A stretch of DNA of 64,000 bases from Macrostomum hystrix (Eukaryota; Animalia; Platyhelminthes): the NCBI GenBank assembly GCA_950097015.1, contig CATNEN010000012.1, positions 2,542,001 through 2,606,000 on the forward strand. Direction: 5' to 3'. A program made the translations under genes and the position numbers. Numbering within the stretch: position 1 is the stretch's first letter; the number at the start of each line of letters is the position of its first letter. The notes under the pieces were generated by a model. The model did no database searches, had not been told where the DNA came from, and saw only the letters and a list, made by a program, of their open reading frames with translations. Below are positions 21,101 to 34,665 of the stretch, piece after piece.

Positions 21101-24100
21101 GCTCAAGTCTTGTCAGTGAAGACAATCCGTCAGTTTCAGGTCCATTGTGTGCTCAAGTCTTGTCAGTGAAGACAATCCGTCAGTTTCAGGTCCATTGTGT
21201 GCTCAAGTCTTGTCAGTGAAGACAATCCGTCAGTTTCAGGTCCATTGTGTGCTCAAGTCTTGTCAGTGATGACAATCCGTCAGTTTCAGGTCCATTGTGT
21301 GCTCAAGTCTTGTCAGGGAAGACAATCCCTGATTGGTGCATTAGTCAGCTATTATCTTGTCAGCTATTATCTTGATATCTTCTCTATTTTTGGCCTTTTG
21401 CAATGTGTTCTTCTCACCGCTGCACTGAGTGCGAATGTCCGTGTAATTAGCGAGCCTTTCCTCATAGTACTTTGTTTGTAAGAGCTTAAAGCCCTAGATT
21501 TTTGTCTGCCGCGTGTTTCTCGTCAGTACACGAGATGCCAGCAACTGCAGCCTTTTGTCCTTTTCTAATTCCTGTTGTCCGTCTGGTGCTCGTTTTCTCT
21601 GATCGCGCACCCAGCTACCGGCATCATCAGCCGTGTCAATCCAATGTCTCACAAGCGCAAAAATATTTCGTCGGATACGGAACAAGGCTTCACATTTTTT
21701 ATCAGCCTGTGGCGCTTCCACTACATTTCTATTCTGACCACGATGGCAAAAAACTGCTTCATACCGCAATCAACCTAACGTGCCAAGTATCGTTAGGTGC
21801 AAACGAAACACCGGCCCGTGCACTGCTGCCCACCCCAGCCTCCTCCACAGAAGCCGCTCGGTTCGCCTTTGGAAGTTTTCCCAAGCCTAAACGCATGCAT
21901 TTGAATTGCGGAAAATAGGGCTGCTACAGGTGGAAAAGAAGATTTAGGCACTAAGTTAGTGCAGCTTATAACGAGGCTGTACTATCAGTTACTCTCTCCG
22001 TCTCTGACTCGTTTGTCTATATCCTTTACCCCATTTATTTGGCTACACCCTCATGGCCTTCGCCGTTCCTTAGCTTCCCCTCCTGGGAGATGGAGGCGAG
22101 AGGAGGGCCTGTTTGGCAGGATGAGGCAAGTGTTGGCCGAGGCGCTGATGGAGATAGATATAGATGCTGATTAGAGGGCCAGAAAGACTTCACCTCGCAG
22201 GTTCCAAGCGGTGCCGCCAGGCCTAGCAAGTATAAATTGGACGCGCCGTGTGCAGTCGGGTCGGCCACTCGCCGGCTCGCCGCGGTTCAAGCGGAGGTCG
22301 AAGCCATGGGGGTGGCACAACTGTATGAAATGCCAGTCCTGTTAGTTTAGGAAGGCATCGAGGCGCCAAGAAAGCGTTGAAGTTGAGCGTGGGAAATTTG
22401 GGATAGAACGAGGCAAAATTCTCACCAAGGTGAGATAAAACTAAATTGATAGCCGGTAAACAGCGAGGCAGTGTGAAAATAGAAGAACAGGCGAAGGCAG
22501 GTGCGCGACCTAGGATAGATGATATTCTAAGCGTTGAGTTTAAATTGGTGCCGGTATAATTTTTTTGTATTTTAACAAAAGAAATAATTGAAAATCATGC
22601 CTTATTAAAAATTGGCTATCCTTTGCAGTCCTGACGAGACAAGACAGATTGAGGAAAGAAACGGGAAGATAAAAATAGGAAAAAACTGATTAAACTGACA
22701 GGCAGCCGAATATATCCATGCAGGATGCTAGCCAACAATGGTTATAGGCAGATTAGCGCTTCGAGGGACAGAGAAGGCCGCAGAAATGGGAAGGAGCCCA
22801 GACAAGTAGATTAGGAAGCCAATTTCGACAACAATCCTAGTTTAGGAGCCGCACTGTGAAAACCGAGCTTGAAGTGCAGGAACATAGCAGACTTATTAAC
22901 CTGATGTTAATTGTAAAACCCTTGCATAACAAGGCCGCGTTGCACCACGCATTGTTTTCGTGATCGGAGAAAAGTGCAGATGCGAAAAGTTCTCCAGTTT
23001 GTTGCTTTCGCTGTCTGCAAATAATTTCTTGTCTTGTGTCAACTAGTTGACCATTGTGCGTGAAGCTGCAGACGGCTCCTGGGTTATAACACTGAAAGTA
23101 AATGGCCCTCATGCAGGGTTTCTGTAAATTACCGCACTACACTTTCTGACTTTTGCCGCTAATTAGTCAAACAATTCGAATGCAGACTGGGGTTAAGTGG
23201 CCTCAGCCAGTGTCAGTATAGTCGATAATTAGAGCTACAATCGTGTCCTTCATCAGGCCTTCCATCATTTTCCCAATCCGGCACCAACGAATAGTTCGTT
23301 GGGTGCTTTTCGGCAAACAAAACCATGTCTAGGAATACTACGAGCTACGAGAATACTGGAAACATGGATCAGTGGAGAATTACAGTAAAAAATCCAATTA
23401 TTTTCGCAAGACACTTGGGGGCCACGTTTAATTTCAATTTTATTGACTAGTGAAATAAAATGTTTCAATAAAAAGTTCTTTCCATTTTCGCTTAAGCTTA
23501 GTTGTTTGTCTGCCTGTTTTAGATTGTAAACAAAATGGTTGGACTCCACTGGAACTACAAGTGTATTTGTGTCCTTCATTAAGATTTACCTCTGCATTGC
23601 TTCATTTTACCCAGCTGTTAAATGGGTACCAGCATCAGCTGGGATACTTGAAGGTGGGTGTGGCGTCTCCCAAAGTCCAAGGACTGAACAGCCGCACGCA
23701 GCCTTCAGATGCGTCGCGCAATAGCTGCGACTGTGCTGTCGGCTGCACATTCGAAAATATTTTCCCTTAAGTTTCGAAAAGAAAACTTCCTTGCCATTGA
23801 GGCTATTCTAGTCCAGAGAATGGTGGTTGGGCGAGAGTCTTAATTGCAGAGCCAGCTGTAATTAAATAGCCAAAACTGCTGCAATATAACAAAATAGAAT
23901 TGAATTAAACCTTACCGTGATGCAGGCACGAGCAGTTCGTGTTTGAGAGCTCCAACGAACTGCCGCCCTACCTGTTCGCCACTGTTGTGCCCTGCCTGTC
24001 GCCAATTGAGTTCGAGTTTCGCAAATTCGCCGGCTCGTCCACCGCCTCTCGGCCAGTCAAGTCGCGATCGCTGGACCCTGAGTTCTTCAGTTCCGATGGA

Positions 24101-27087
24101 GAGGGTGAGAGGCTGGGCAATTAGTTGCGTTAAAATTACCCTTTGCGAGCGCATCGATGACTTGTTTTCACTACCACTTCAGAGGCCAGCCTCCGCGACA
24201 ACCAGCACCTGGTCAGCCGGCACAGCGCCACCCTCCGGCTGGAAACCGCGAGTACGAAGGCGCTCAGCATTCGCTTAGGCGCATTCGGCAACTACACAGC
24301 AGCGATGCGACGCCTGGGCAGCACGAAGGCGCTCATCAAACTGTCCACTCGCTATCCTAGCATCGAGCTGGGCACCAGCCGCTACAACCTGCAGGTCTGC
24401 GATCCAGGAGGCAGTGAGACCACGTCTCAAGTAGTCAAAATACGTGTCAGCCACCTAATGTCTGCTGCTCGCCAGTTGGACAATCGGCTGTTCGTGTGCA
24501 TCGTTGTTAACTCGATTCGACCATTGCACCAGTACTGCGCTGCTCAAATCGGCTTAGGCGGAGTGCTGCCCTACCCACACGAGGGACTGCTTGAAGGAAG
24601 CGAACGCTACGTCTTACCTGTTGATACGTATGCCTACAACTGTACGAGCTATACCAGCCTGTGGAGCCAGGAGCCTCTGGTGAATGTGTCGCGCATTTTA
24701 GCCAGTCGAGATCCCAGTAGGCTTTACATCAATGCCTTCCTGGTGTGGCCGGGCTCTGGTGAGTGCAAAATGCTTGGAAATCTGTCCTGAAAATCTGGAA
24801 AAACAAATAATGTAGTCCTAGGACATAGGGAACTTCAAAAGTTCTTATCAAAGCCCTTCAGAAATTTTCGTCATTTTCAGGTTGAGTAAGGGACAATATC
24901 GTGTAGAGAAATGTAGCATGCTGATTGAGCTCTAGAAGAGTAATAAAAACGAGTACGGCAATAAGCCTTATCAGCTTCGATACAGGTGCTGTAGCTGGCA
25001 CCGGCAACCCATATCTTATTCGTAGTTAGATCTCCTTAAATGCTGTTTTCTTCAAACTGATGAATCGAGAAGGATTAAGCTACGATCCTCGCACTCCCGT
25101 GTCCATTTAGATGGCCAAGCCGAGTCCGTGGCCTGGCAGACGTCCACGTACTACAGAAAGGATCCTAAGACTGGGGCACCTCAATCGCTCGTCTCCTGCA
25201 ACCAGCAGTTCTACGTGGAATCTACCACTGAGCTTCTGCCAGTGCCAGGAACTGAGAATGGAGTGTACGAGGCCGCAGTGTCCGTCCAAATGCCGCCGAA
25301 CACATCGCTTCTGGTGCGTCCATCGCGTCTGGACATGGTTGGCTCAGCCTATCGAGTGGAGATCACACCGTACAGCGGCCAATCAGATTCGTTCGCAGTC
25401 AATGCGGCCAACTTCAGTTGCAACGACTCCGTCTGGGCCTACGGCGGCGTTGTCTGCGGACGGGACAAACTGCACACCTGCCTACCTGGCGACAATGAAG
25501 CCTGTCGCTACGACAGCGTTAGACTTATCATCCGGTTAGAGCACAAGATCAAGAACAGAGGCCAGCCCGGGCATGGGCCTACCAGGCATCGGAGAGACAG
25601 TAAGTTACTATTACAATACCACAGTAAGCTCCTTTTTATAAACGGATTTTCAGGCATTAGTTTTACGTGATGACATTGTCCTTCCCTTTATGCCGCAGTT
25701 GCTGAGAGGTGGTCGACGCAGCCCCGCCAGGTGCAGTGGCAGTTTGTTCATCTAGCGAACGCGCAACGCCAGGATGTTGTGCAGCCCAGAATTGGTCGCG
25801 TCGATGAGGCCATCCAGCTGCTAAAGGTGCTGTGGCAAAGCACTGAAATGATCCGGGTTGGGAGGATCGGCTCAGATTCCGATGCCCACAGAGCTCAGGT
25901 ATGTGCATTACATATTTATCATTCTTGAGCACATAGTAGTTAGTGTCTTAGTGTTGCATTAAAAGTTAGTATCACTAGTCACGGGAACAGAGTCATAGTC
26001 ATGGGACAATAGACTTACGTATGTACAAGTACTAATTAAACATAAGTAAACGTAATTAGTCAGTAAAATGTTTACTTTATTGAGAACGAGGTCGTCGCTA
26101 GCTTTGTCTCCCCTTATTTACTTCATGAATTGACAATGTGCTGAATTCAGCCACTGCCAACTTCTCTGGCCCTAACTTCAGGTGCGCCGACGCCAGAAGA
26201 CCTTGCAGGTCTGCAACGCGACACTCAATCATCCGGTATTCCACAGTTCAAGCGAGCGCCTTATCCAGGAATCGGCCAAGTGCTACAAGAAACTGCTACA
26301 GCTGCATATGCATGCACCGTCACAGTGCAACACGAGTACTTCACCCTTCCGGGTGCAGATAGCTTCACTGAATACTTCGATGTTCACGGCGCCCTACACG
26401 CCCGCATCCAACGGCTACCTGTGCTTGGTGTTCGAGCTTCGACTGGTCCTTCCATTGCAGAATCGCATTAAAAAGCTGCGCGAAACTCACGGTGATACCT
26501 ACCAGTTCAGTAAAGCTTACAAAAGAATCGAGCGCCACGTTGAGACCCGCCTTCTTTCCACCGTTTCCACCCTGGAGCTCCCAACCAATGAGAACCAGGG
26601 TTTTGGAACACTCACGAGCGACTCGCAGCAGCAACTCAGACGAGTCCGGCACCAGATGATGCACTTTGAAAAAGATGAACCGATCGAGTCCATGGAACTA
26701 ATCTATAAGAGCCAGAGTGCGCCAGGTAACAACCATCCGGACTTCGCCCCGCGCATCGGTGAAGCCAGTCTAAACCGGCTGGACCCCGGCGGCAGCCGTA
26801 TGTTTGCCATCTACATTTATGCCATACCTAGCGAAAGGCTGCGTAGAGTCAAGGTTGCGCTGTCGCTCTTCGCGTTTCGGCTGCACAGTCTGGACGAGAT
26901 GCAACGCATCGAGTACAACTGCGAAAGTTATAGGAGACTGCGCCAAGATTGGAAGTGGCAGAAACGTCAGCGGAGGCAAGAGAAGCGGCGTCAGAGGAAG
27001 CAGAAACGACGCCAACAAAGACAGAAAAACCGGCGTCGAAGGCCTCAGAGAAAGTGGAGAGAACTGGAGGAGCCGTACCTGGGCTGA
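18188..27087 (+). CDS. Secreted NDNF/Nord-like protein, ~888 aa; exons 18188-18396, 19605-19712, 23926-24104, 24183-24758, 25111-25599, 25699-25898, 26182-27087
   Basis: Begins with a Leu-rich signal peptide. All six GT-AG junctions are phase-compatible and the total of 2667 nt is one ORF. LFATVVPCLSPIEFEF, LFVCIVVNSIRPLHQYCAAQ and LYINAFLV resemble NDNF motifs as recalled (TVTPCDAPLEW, YCVVINKEHNFKSLCAVE, YYFDVFVV). The family call is unverified; exons 3-7 are firmer than exons 1-2. Confidence 0.6.
18496..19335 (+). repeat. 44-bp minisatellite in intron 1 of the NDNF-like gene
   Basis: GCAACTGCTCCCTGATCCTTCAGTATCTGATACCTTATGGGGCT, ~19 copies. Confidence 0.95.
20955..21325 (+). repeat. 50-bp minisatellite, ~7 copies
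   Basis: TGTCAGTGAAGACAATCCGTCAGTTTCAGGTCCATTGTGTGCTCAAGTCT. Confidence 0.92.
23537..23708 (+). mobile_element. tRNA-type SINE copy with a CORE/Meta-like central domain
   Basis: B-box-like GGTTGGACTCC followed by TTGTGTCC..CCCAGCTGTTAAATGGGTACCAGCATCAGCTGGGATA..GGACTGAACAG. This is the reverse complement of 63838-64000. Confidence 0.65.
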
Positions 27088-29734
27088 CCTGCAGACTTGC
27101 TTAGATTCTCGGCCACTGCAGATGACCGAAAGTCTATGTGGGAAACACAGGTTTTACAATGCCCTCTCTACAATGTCGATTCATCTTAAACAGTTCAGTG
27201 GGATCGCGATAGCATTTTTGTTAGAATATGCACAAATATATTTTCTATAGCCAGGGCCTATTTCTATGGGAAAGTAACTATAGAACGAAAACAGTCGTTA
27301 TGAACTCGAGCTCTGTAGTAAGGAAGATAATCAGTTCGCAGTGTACTTATAATTTGGGTTTTGACTGTCTTTCTGGGCGAACCTATAGTTTCTGCAGGAA
27401 ACTTTTTGACGTCCAACTCAAAATACTGGACCTAAATAGATTGTGTTTTATATAGACTAATGCTCAATGCGACCAGCCTAAAAAGAATCGGAACTATTTT
27501 GTCCCAACAATTATCCACACTTCAGATAATTCACTAGTCGTTTTATCTTTGTTTTTTCATTGATTTTTATTGACTCGCTCTTAGCACTCTGTCTACACAT
27601 CCTACCTGTAAGCTCATATCTCGGTGCTTCTTTGAACCTCATTATAAATTGACCTCATTTTATCTGAACCTCAAAAGCGAATGGCCCAATTTTGCCTCAT
27701 ATCCTTTGCTAAGCCTGCAGTTGTGCCCTTCTAATTTTTGAGATTGCTATATATGTATATGTATAGTGTGCAGGTGTTTTCAAAAACTGACTACTCATGA
27801 CCAGTAGTCTTAGTTGATAAATCTATTTTTGGTAAACTTGAAGCCACTTCTTAAGCACAGGTTTAGGGGCTAATTGATCGGCATGATTTTAATCCATCCA
27901 GTAAAATTATTCTACACCCACAAGCTATTTTTTCTGCCGTGATCGTTTTTCCATTTGTCATTATGATTCTATTCAGTGCTTCAAAACTAAATAGACTTAC
28001 ACATGGATATACAGTTTACCATGAATTTCCTATAAATAAATTAGACAAAACTAGAATATTTAATTACAATTCAAGCTTTTGTGTGTCATCGTATATCAAA
28101 TAGCTATCAAGTCGTTTGCAATGGCTTTTTATATTACTTTAATGTTAACGTACTTTTTTGTTTTGTTGTAGCGGCTCGCCATTTTTGTAGCGCAAAAGTC
28201 AATAAAAAAGCCGTACAATTGTTCTCCGTACAATTTAAAAAAGCGACTAGATCCGCAATTTGTTTCTCACCTCGACGCTGCATGCCACACGCAAGTGTTG
28301 CTACGACCCCACCCCATTCTAAAAACCTAGTAAAACCTATTCGATTTCATTCATTTGTCAGTCACTATAGAAGGAGAAAGATTCGGCATTTATAAGTTCG
28401 CTCGCGGCTAGTAATTTAGTCGATGATTGAGTCGATTATTTCTGTTTCTGCTATAATTGCGTTAACCCGCTATTTTTTCTATTGCTATGTTACGCAAATG
28501 GCGGACCAAAATTTGACTGCCTCGAACAGTGTTTTGCTTAAATATAAAGAGTTTAATAATGCTTTTTTCGAAATCGAAATTCATTTCGAACATAATTGTG
28601 TCGAACCGAAAATTTAATTTCAAAATTGTACCTTTTTAATTTTGCAGAGTTTCTTGCAAACTACTAACAGTAAGTAGAAAGCATAATCAACTCATTCGGG
28701 TGCTGGTGCCCATAGCCCTCGTGCAACTGTTTTCTTATCTAATAATTTTCCCAGCCCATTCAACATTACCTTTGAGACCCCTTTTTCCTGAGATCTTGAA
28801 TAATATCTTAGAGACTCTACTCGATATATATTGAATTTCGAGTAAAATTAGGCAAAAAGGACAGCCTTTTTATTTCGAAATTCCTCGACTGACCTGTAGG
28901 CTTTACCATTATCCTTAAGTATATCACCAAGTGCGGAACTGTCAAACCCTCTAATTCAGAAATAGAAACATTTCCGAACATAATTTGATTGTGACGAGCT
29001 TTTTGCTTTTGTCTATAAGCCATATGGCTGATTGTGGTATTTAAACTGACTGATTTGCTAATTATGTATCATTCATTCTACTGTAAGTAGGCTTGTTAGT
29101 GTTTGATGTACTATTCTCACGTAAACTTTCTACTTTTGATTTTTCTGTAAATTTAACCTTGGAAGGGAAGGGATCGAGCGCTTGGAAGGGAACGCTTGGA
29201 AGGGAACGATATTTGTTTTAGGAAAAAATTTTCTTTGACTCGCCATAAAAAACTCATTGAGTGATCACTATGGCGGGTTTAGACATTTTTTATGAATTTT
29301 TGTCATTGATGTCAACCCAAAATAAAACTTACGCAAAAATATCTTCTGCCACTGTTTTAAGAAGTTAGAATGATTGGCGAAATCACTCCACATTGACTCA
29401 GGCCTAAAAATATTATTGTATACTAACCCTGCTCAAGAGATCGACACAAAAATTGTTGAATAAAATTTAATGTTACTAATTCAATCTTGCTAATGATTAA
29501 AGAGAAATATAATTTAAACTTCTGTGTTGAGGATTAATTATCAAGCGACGTGTATATTTAGTAGTTCGAAATTAGAAAGTTTAGTAGTTTGGATTTTATC
29601 TATGCATTTAAATTCATCTTTGATCATCATAACTATCTATGGGTCTAAATGAGAAAAACTTGAGCATCACGCCACGCCGAGCCATGCTAAGCCACGCCTC
29701 AACTTACGCACGCGTGCACATGGGCACAATAAAT

Positions 29735-29802
29735 CTAAAAATAGAGCCAAGAAAAGCTCTCGCGGTCGCAGAAACACGCCAGCCGCCCCAATCTAAAAAT
29801 AG
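29735..29802 (+). promoter_or_regulatory. Two MEF2-consensus sites (CTAAAAATAG) upstream of HSP90
   Basis: Exact 10-mers at 29735-29744 and 29793-29802 match YTA(A/T)4TAR. Confidence 0.5.
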
Positions 29803-29818
29803 CATACTGCGGGTTTCC

Positions 29819-29899
29819 CTTCTAGAATTTGAATTCTAGAATATTCTAGAACAAAAAGGAAATCCTAGGATTTTCCAAGACCGTACAAATGTATATATA
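29819..29899 (+). promoter_or_regulatory. Heat-shock element array plus TATA box of HSP90
   Basis: Four perfect alternating nTTCn/nGAAn pentamers at 29833-29852 and two more at 29819-29828. TATATATA at 29892-29899, ~110 bp before the ATG. Confidence 0.88.
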
Positions 29900-30009
29900 C
29901 AGCTATCCTGCTCCACACAAGGATTCACTGAATTTTAAACACGTTGCCTTCACGCTTAAGCGTTTACTAAACGTATTATTATAATATTCACGTTAAAGCA
30001 GACGAAGTC

Positions 30010-32740
30010 ATGACTGAGACCGAGGTCGAGACTTTTGCCTTCCAGGCTGAGATTGCTCAGTTGATGAGCTTGATCATCAACACTTTCTATTCAAACAAGG
30101 AGATCTTCCTTCGTGAGCTTATTTCTAACGCCAGTGATGCCATCGACAAGATCCGCTACCAGAGCCTCACGGATTCTTCCGTTCTGGACAGTGGACGGGA
30201 TCTACATATCAAGATCATCCCGAACAAGAGCGACAACACTCTGACCATCATTGATAGTGGTATCGGCATGACCAAGGCTGACTTGGTCAACAACCTTGGT
30301 ACCATCGCTCGTTCTGGCACGAAGGCCTTCATGGAGGCACTGCAGGCTGGCGCTGACATCAGCATGATTGGTCAGTTCGGTGTTGGCTTCTACTCTGCTT
30401 ATCTCATTGCTGACCGGGTTGTTGTTACATCGAAGCACAACGACGACGAGCAGTATGTCTGGGAGTCTTCTGCCGGCGGTAGCTTCACTGTTCGGCCAGA
30501 TCATGCTGAGCCACTGGGCCGCGGTACCAAGATTGTTCTCTATCTAAAGGAGGACCAGACCGAGTACATCGAGGAGCGTAAGGTTAAGGAGATCATCAAG
30601 AAGCACTCGCAGTTCATTGGTTATCCAATCAAGCTTGTCCTCGAGAAGGAAAGGGAGAAAGAGGTAAGCTTAATTAACAATTATATACTTAAAAGGTTTC
30701 AATATGAAAGGTCAAAGATCGTATTTGTCTCATTTATTTTTACGGATTTAGTCGCACTTTTCTTAAAGCAAAGGTTTATCCATCAATGTAAAAACAACCC
30801 TGTAGCAGTGCCAGAACCCAACCCATTAAAGTCCAGCTCAACGTTAACCAGACCTGAGATAACAGTAAGATTAATATAATGGCCATTAAACAGCTTAATA
30901 CTGATAAATAAATAATATTAATCTTCAGTGAATATTAAGAGAAAAAGTAAAAATTAAATTTCAATGGAAACTCAACTTCTCTAGTAAGTTAGCAAGAGTT
31001 ATCTACTATTTTTTAGACGGAGCACTTAAATTCTGCTTTATACTTATTCTTGCCATTCACGTAAATTTTTCTTTTTTTTCTATTAAATTAGGTCAGTGAC
31101 GATGAAGCCGAGGAAGAGAAGGAAGAGAAGAAAGAAGACGAGGCTGATGCCGAGAAGGAGAAGCCGAAGGTAGAGGATGACCTAGATGAGAATGACGATG
31201 ACGAGAAGGGTGACAAGAAGAAAAAGAAGAAGATCAAGGAGAAGTACATCGACGAGGAAGAGCTGAACAAGACCAAGCCCATCTGGACAAGGAACCAGGA
31301 CGACATCACCCAGGAGGAGTATGGAGAGTTCTACAAGTCCCTGACAAATGACTGGGAGGAGCACCTGGCTGTGAAGCACTTCAGCGTCGAGGGCCAGCTG
31401 GAATTCCGTGCTCTCCTGTTCGTGCCAAAGCGTGCTCCGTTTGATCTGTTCGAGAACAGGAAGAAGCGCAACAACATCAAGCTATACGTGCGCCGTGTTT
31501 TCATCATGGACAACTGCGAGGAGCTGATCCCGGAGTACTTAAACTTCATCAAGGGTGTTGTTGACAGCGAGGACCTGCCGCTCAACATCAGCCGCGAGAT
31601 GCTCCAGCAGAACAAGATCCTCAAGGTCATTCGCAAGAATCTCGTCAAGAAGTGCATGGAACTGTTCGACGACATCGCCGAGGACAAAGAGAACTTTAAG
31701 AAGTTCTACGAGCAGTTCGGCAAGAACCTAAAACTGGGCATCCACGAGGACAGCACCAACCGCAAGAAGCTGGCCGACTACCTGCGCTACCACTCCACCA
31801 GTTCTGGCGACGACTGGACCAGCCTGAAAGACTACGTCAGCCGCATGAAGGAGAACCAGAAGGACATCTACTACATCACTGGCGAGTCCAAGGATGCCGT
31901 GGCCCACTCAGCCTTCGTTGAGCGCTTGCGCAAGCGCGGCCTCGAGGTGCTGTACATGACCGACCCCATCGACGAGTACGCCACCCAGCAGCTGCGCGAG
32001 TACGACGGCAAGAAGCTGGTCTGCGTCACCAAGGAGGGCCTTGAGCTGCCGGAGGACGAAGACGAGAAGAAGGCCTTCGAAGAGAAGAAGGCTTCGTTCG
32101 AGCCGCTGTGCAAGGTCATGAAGGACATCCTGGACAAAAAGGTGGAGAAGGTGGTGGTGTCCAACCGCCTGGTCGACTCACCCTGCTGCATCGTCACATC
32201 GCAGTACGGCTGGTCCGCCAACATGGAGCGCATCATGAAGGCGCAGGTGAGCTTTAGGAATTAAGTGCTTTAGATTTCTTATTTTTATTTCTTTATTATT
32301 TCGAAAATGAATATAAATTTTACATTAGCGTCAAAAGTACATTTTCGACATTTTCGAATTCTCCGATTTCCCATTCACAGGCCCTGCGCGACTCCTCCAC
32401 GATGGGCTACATGGCGGCCAAGAAGCACCTGGAGATCAATCCCGACCACTCCATCTGCCAGATGCTCAAGCAGCGCACCGAGGCCGACAAGAACGACAAG
32501 TCCGTGAAGGATCTGGTGCAGCTGCTGTACGAGACTGCCTTGCTGTCGTCCGGCTTCGCCCTGGAGGATCCGCAGGTGCACGCCACCCGCATCCACCGCA
32601 TGATCAAGCTGGGCCTGGGCATCGAGGAGGATGAAACCACCGAAGCTTCGGCCGCTGGTGAGAGCGCCTCGTCATCCATTCCGACTGAGGTCAGCGGCGA
32701 CGCCAACGCCGATGACGCCAAGATGGAGGAGGTCGACTAA
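30010..32740 (+). CDS. HSP90: Cytosolic heat shock protein 90; exons 30010-30663, 31092-32246, 32381-32740; 722 aa
   Basis: [63 protein letters not shown] and a C-terminal MEEVD. Two phase-0 GT-AG introns. Confidence 0.99.
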
Positions 32741-33744
32741 ACAATGAATTGTGACGCAGTTGCTAATGGTTGACTATTCATGTTAGAGGGCGACGGCGTT
32801 TTTGACTGCATTTAGCCACGAGCGCCCTTTGATGTCACTGACAGGCACGCAAGTAGAGGGTTCCAGCCTCGCGTTTGTCACCCGGTCATGCTAGTATAAT
32901 TATCTTTTTTTACTTTGTGTGCGCGAGTGGTGTAGTAATGCGTCTATTCTTTACTCCGGGTTTAAATTCCACTGCTGCTCTGTGGACAGCACTCACAATT
33001 ACACAACAGTTCTCAAATTATTTAAATCACTGAATCTATAGCCTACTCTCGGAGTAATTAATATTCCTTTACTGTGCGAAACTCGATAAAGTTTTTTATA
33101 ATAACTCCTAAAAGACGGGCAACTAATAGTTCTATTTATTCAGATTATTCGTCAGCTCTTTTTAATGTCAAACAATAATACGGAAACCAACTTTTTTACT
33201 TAGTCTTTATGACATTGTTCGCAGCTCTACAACGCTTTTGTGCAAAGTAACTATTTGTCGATCGGAACAACACTGATATGAAAGTACAAGGCTGACGGTT
33301 TAAACATTCAAATATAATCAAATTTCCATCTACGAATCTACAAAAAAAACTTTTTGATTTCTTGAACGTTTTATTGTTTCTTTATTGACCTGTAACTACG
33401 TTGCGTTGTTTAAATGAGAAAAAAGGCAAGTATTTAGTATTCGGTTTTAGACTTCCACGAAACATCTTAGAGCTTTAGGCAAGCTTAATACACCACTTAT
33501 GTCTGCGTAATCTAATCTAAAGTACTGATGCATTTTCTCCCGAGTCATGAATCGAAAAAACGCTTGTGTATCGAAAATAATTTTGATAATGCCTTCAAAT
33601 TAGGAGATTAGGCTAATCTATTGGGCTTACGTGTACTTAGATTTGCCGAAATTCGCCTATATTTTGTTTAATTTGTGATAGCAGTAAATTTCGGATTACA
33701 GAATAACCTTTCTTTTCGTGTAATTATATATTCGATTGGGATTC

Positions 33745-33930
33745 TAGGGAGTTAGGACTTCAATTAGGATTCTCGGGTATTGAGGATTTTAGTCGAGATT
33801 CGCGGAATTAAGATTTCGATCAGGATTTTCGGGGAATTAGGATTTCAATCTGAATACACGGAATAAGGATTTTCGGGAAATGAGGATTTTAATTGCTTTT
33901 CGCGGAATTATAATCTCAAATAGGTAATTG
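33745..33930 (+). repeat. Degenerate short repeat (GGAATTAGGATTT-like)
   Basis: Recurring diverged motif. Confidence 0.45.
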
Positions 33931-34665
33931 GGAATACAACAAACCGAGAGTTTGTCAAACATAATTTCTTCCGCGCTCAGGAGTTATGCCTGAGAGGATT
34001 AGCAAGTTTAGTGGCAAGGACTACTAAGGTAAGATTCAAGTGGTCATTGAGGCCTAGTCAGGTCGTTTGAATAACTGACTTAACGTCGGACTATGGGATC
34101 GTAGCCTACGTCATGCCAAAAACGCAGACAACAAGTGCAGAGCACGCACACTATTAGCTTGTAGGTAAGCTGCCCTTCAGGCAAGCTGAGATCCACAAGT
34201 GAGACCAATTTAGGTGTTATTCATAACAAAAAGAAATCAAAACTATTGATTTTCAACCAACTAAAAACAGCACAAATATTTTTATGTTATTCATTGATTG
34301 CACTAATGGCATTAGTTGTATTTTTAGTATATTTAATACGATTAAATAATTATATTATATAGGCGTGCTTGGGAAATTCAGCTTTCTTAAAAAATGTTAC
34401 ACTAGCCAAGTAGCGACAGAAAACGTCCTCTTGTTGCGAAAAATCGCATAAAAAACTAGTGAACAAGCAAAATTAGGAAGAGTGCTCAATTATAGTTTGT
34501 ACAAGTTCAGTATATAGTCTAGATGAAACGATAAAAACGGTTTTCTTGCTACGAATTTTAGGACGATTTACGTTTAATACGTATGTAAAATCAAAGCACT
34601 TGGCATGCCATATTGATTACTATGTAGCATTAAAATAACATAAATAACAGACAGGAAATACTGGG

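Noticed and set aside
21502-21918. 138-aa ORF in intron 2 of the NDNF-like gene
   Set aside because: No recognisable motif and no convincing phase-2 splice pair. It cannot be supported without expression data.
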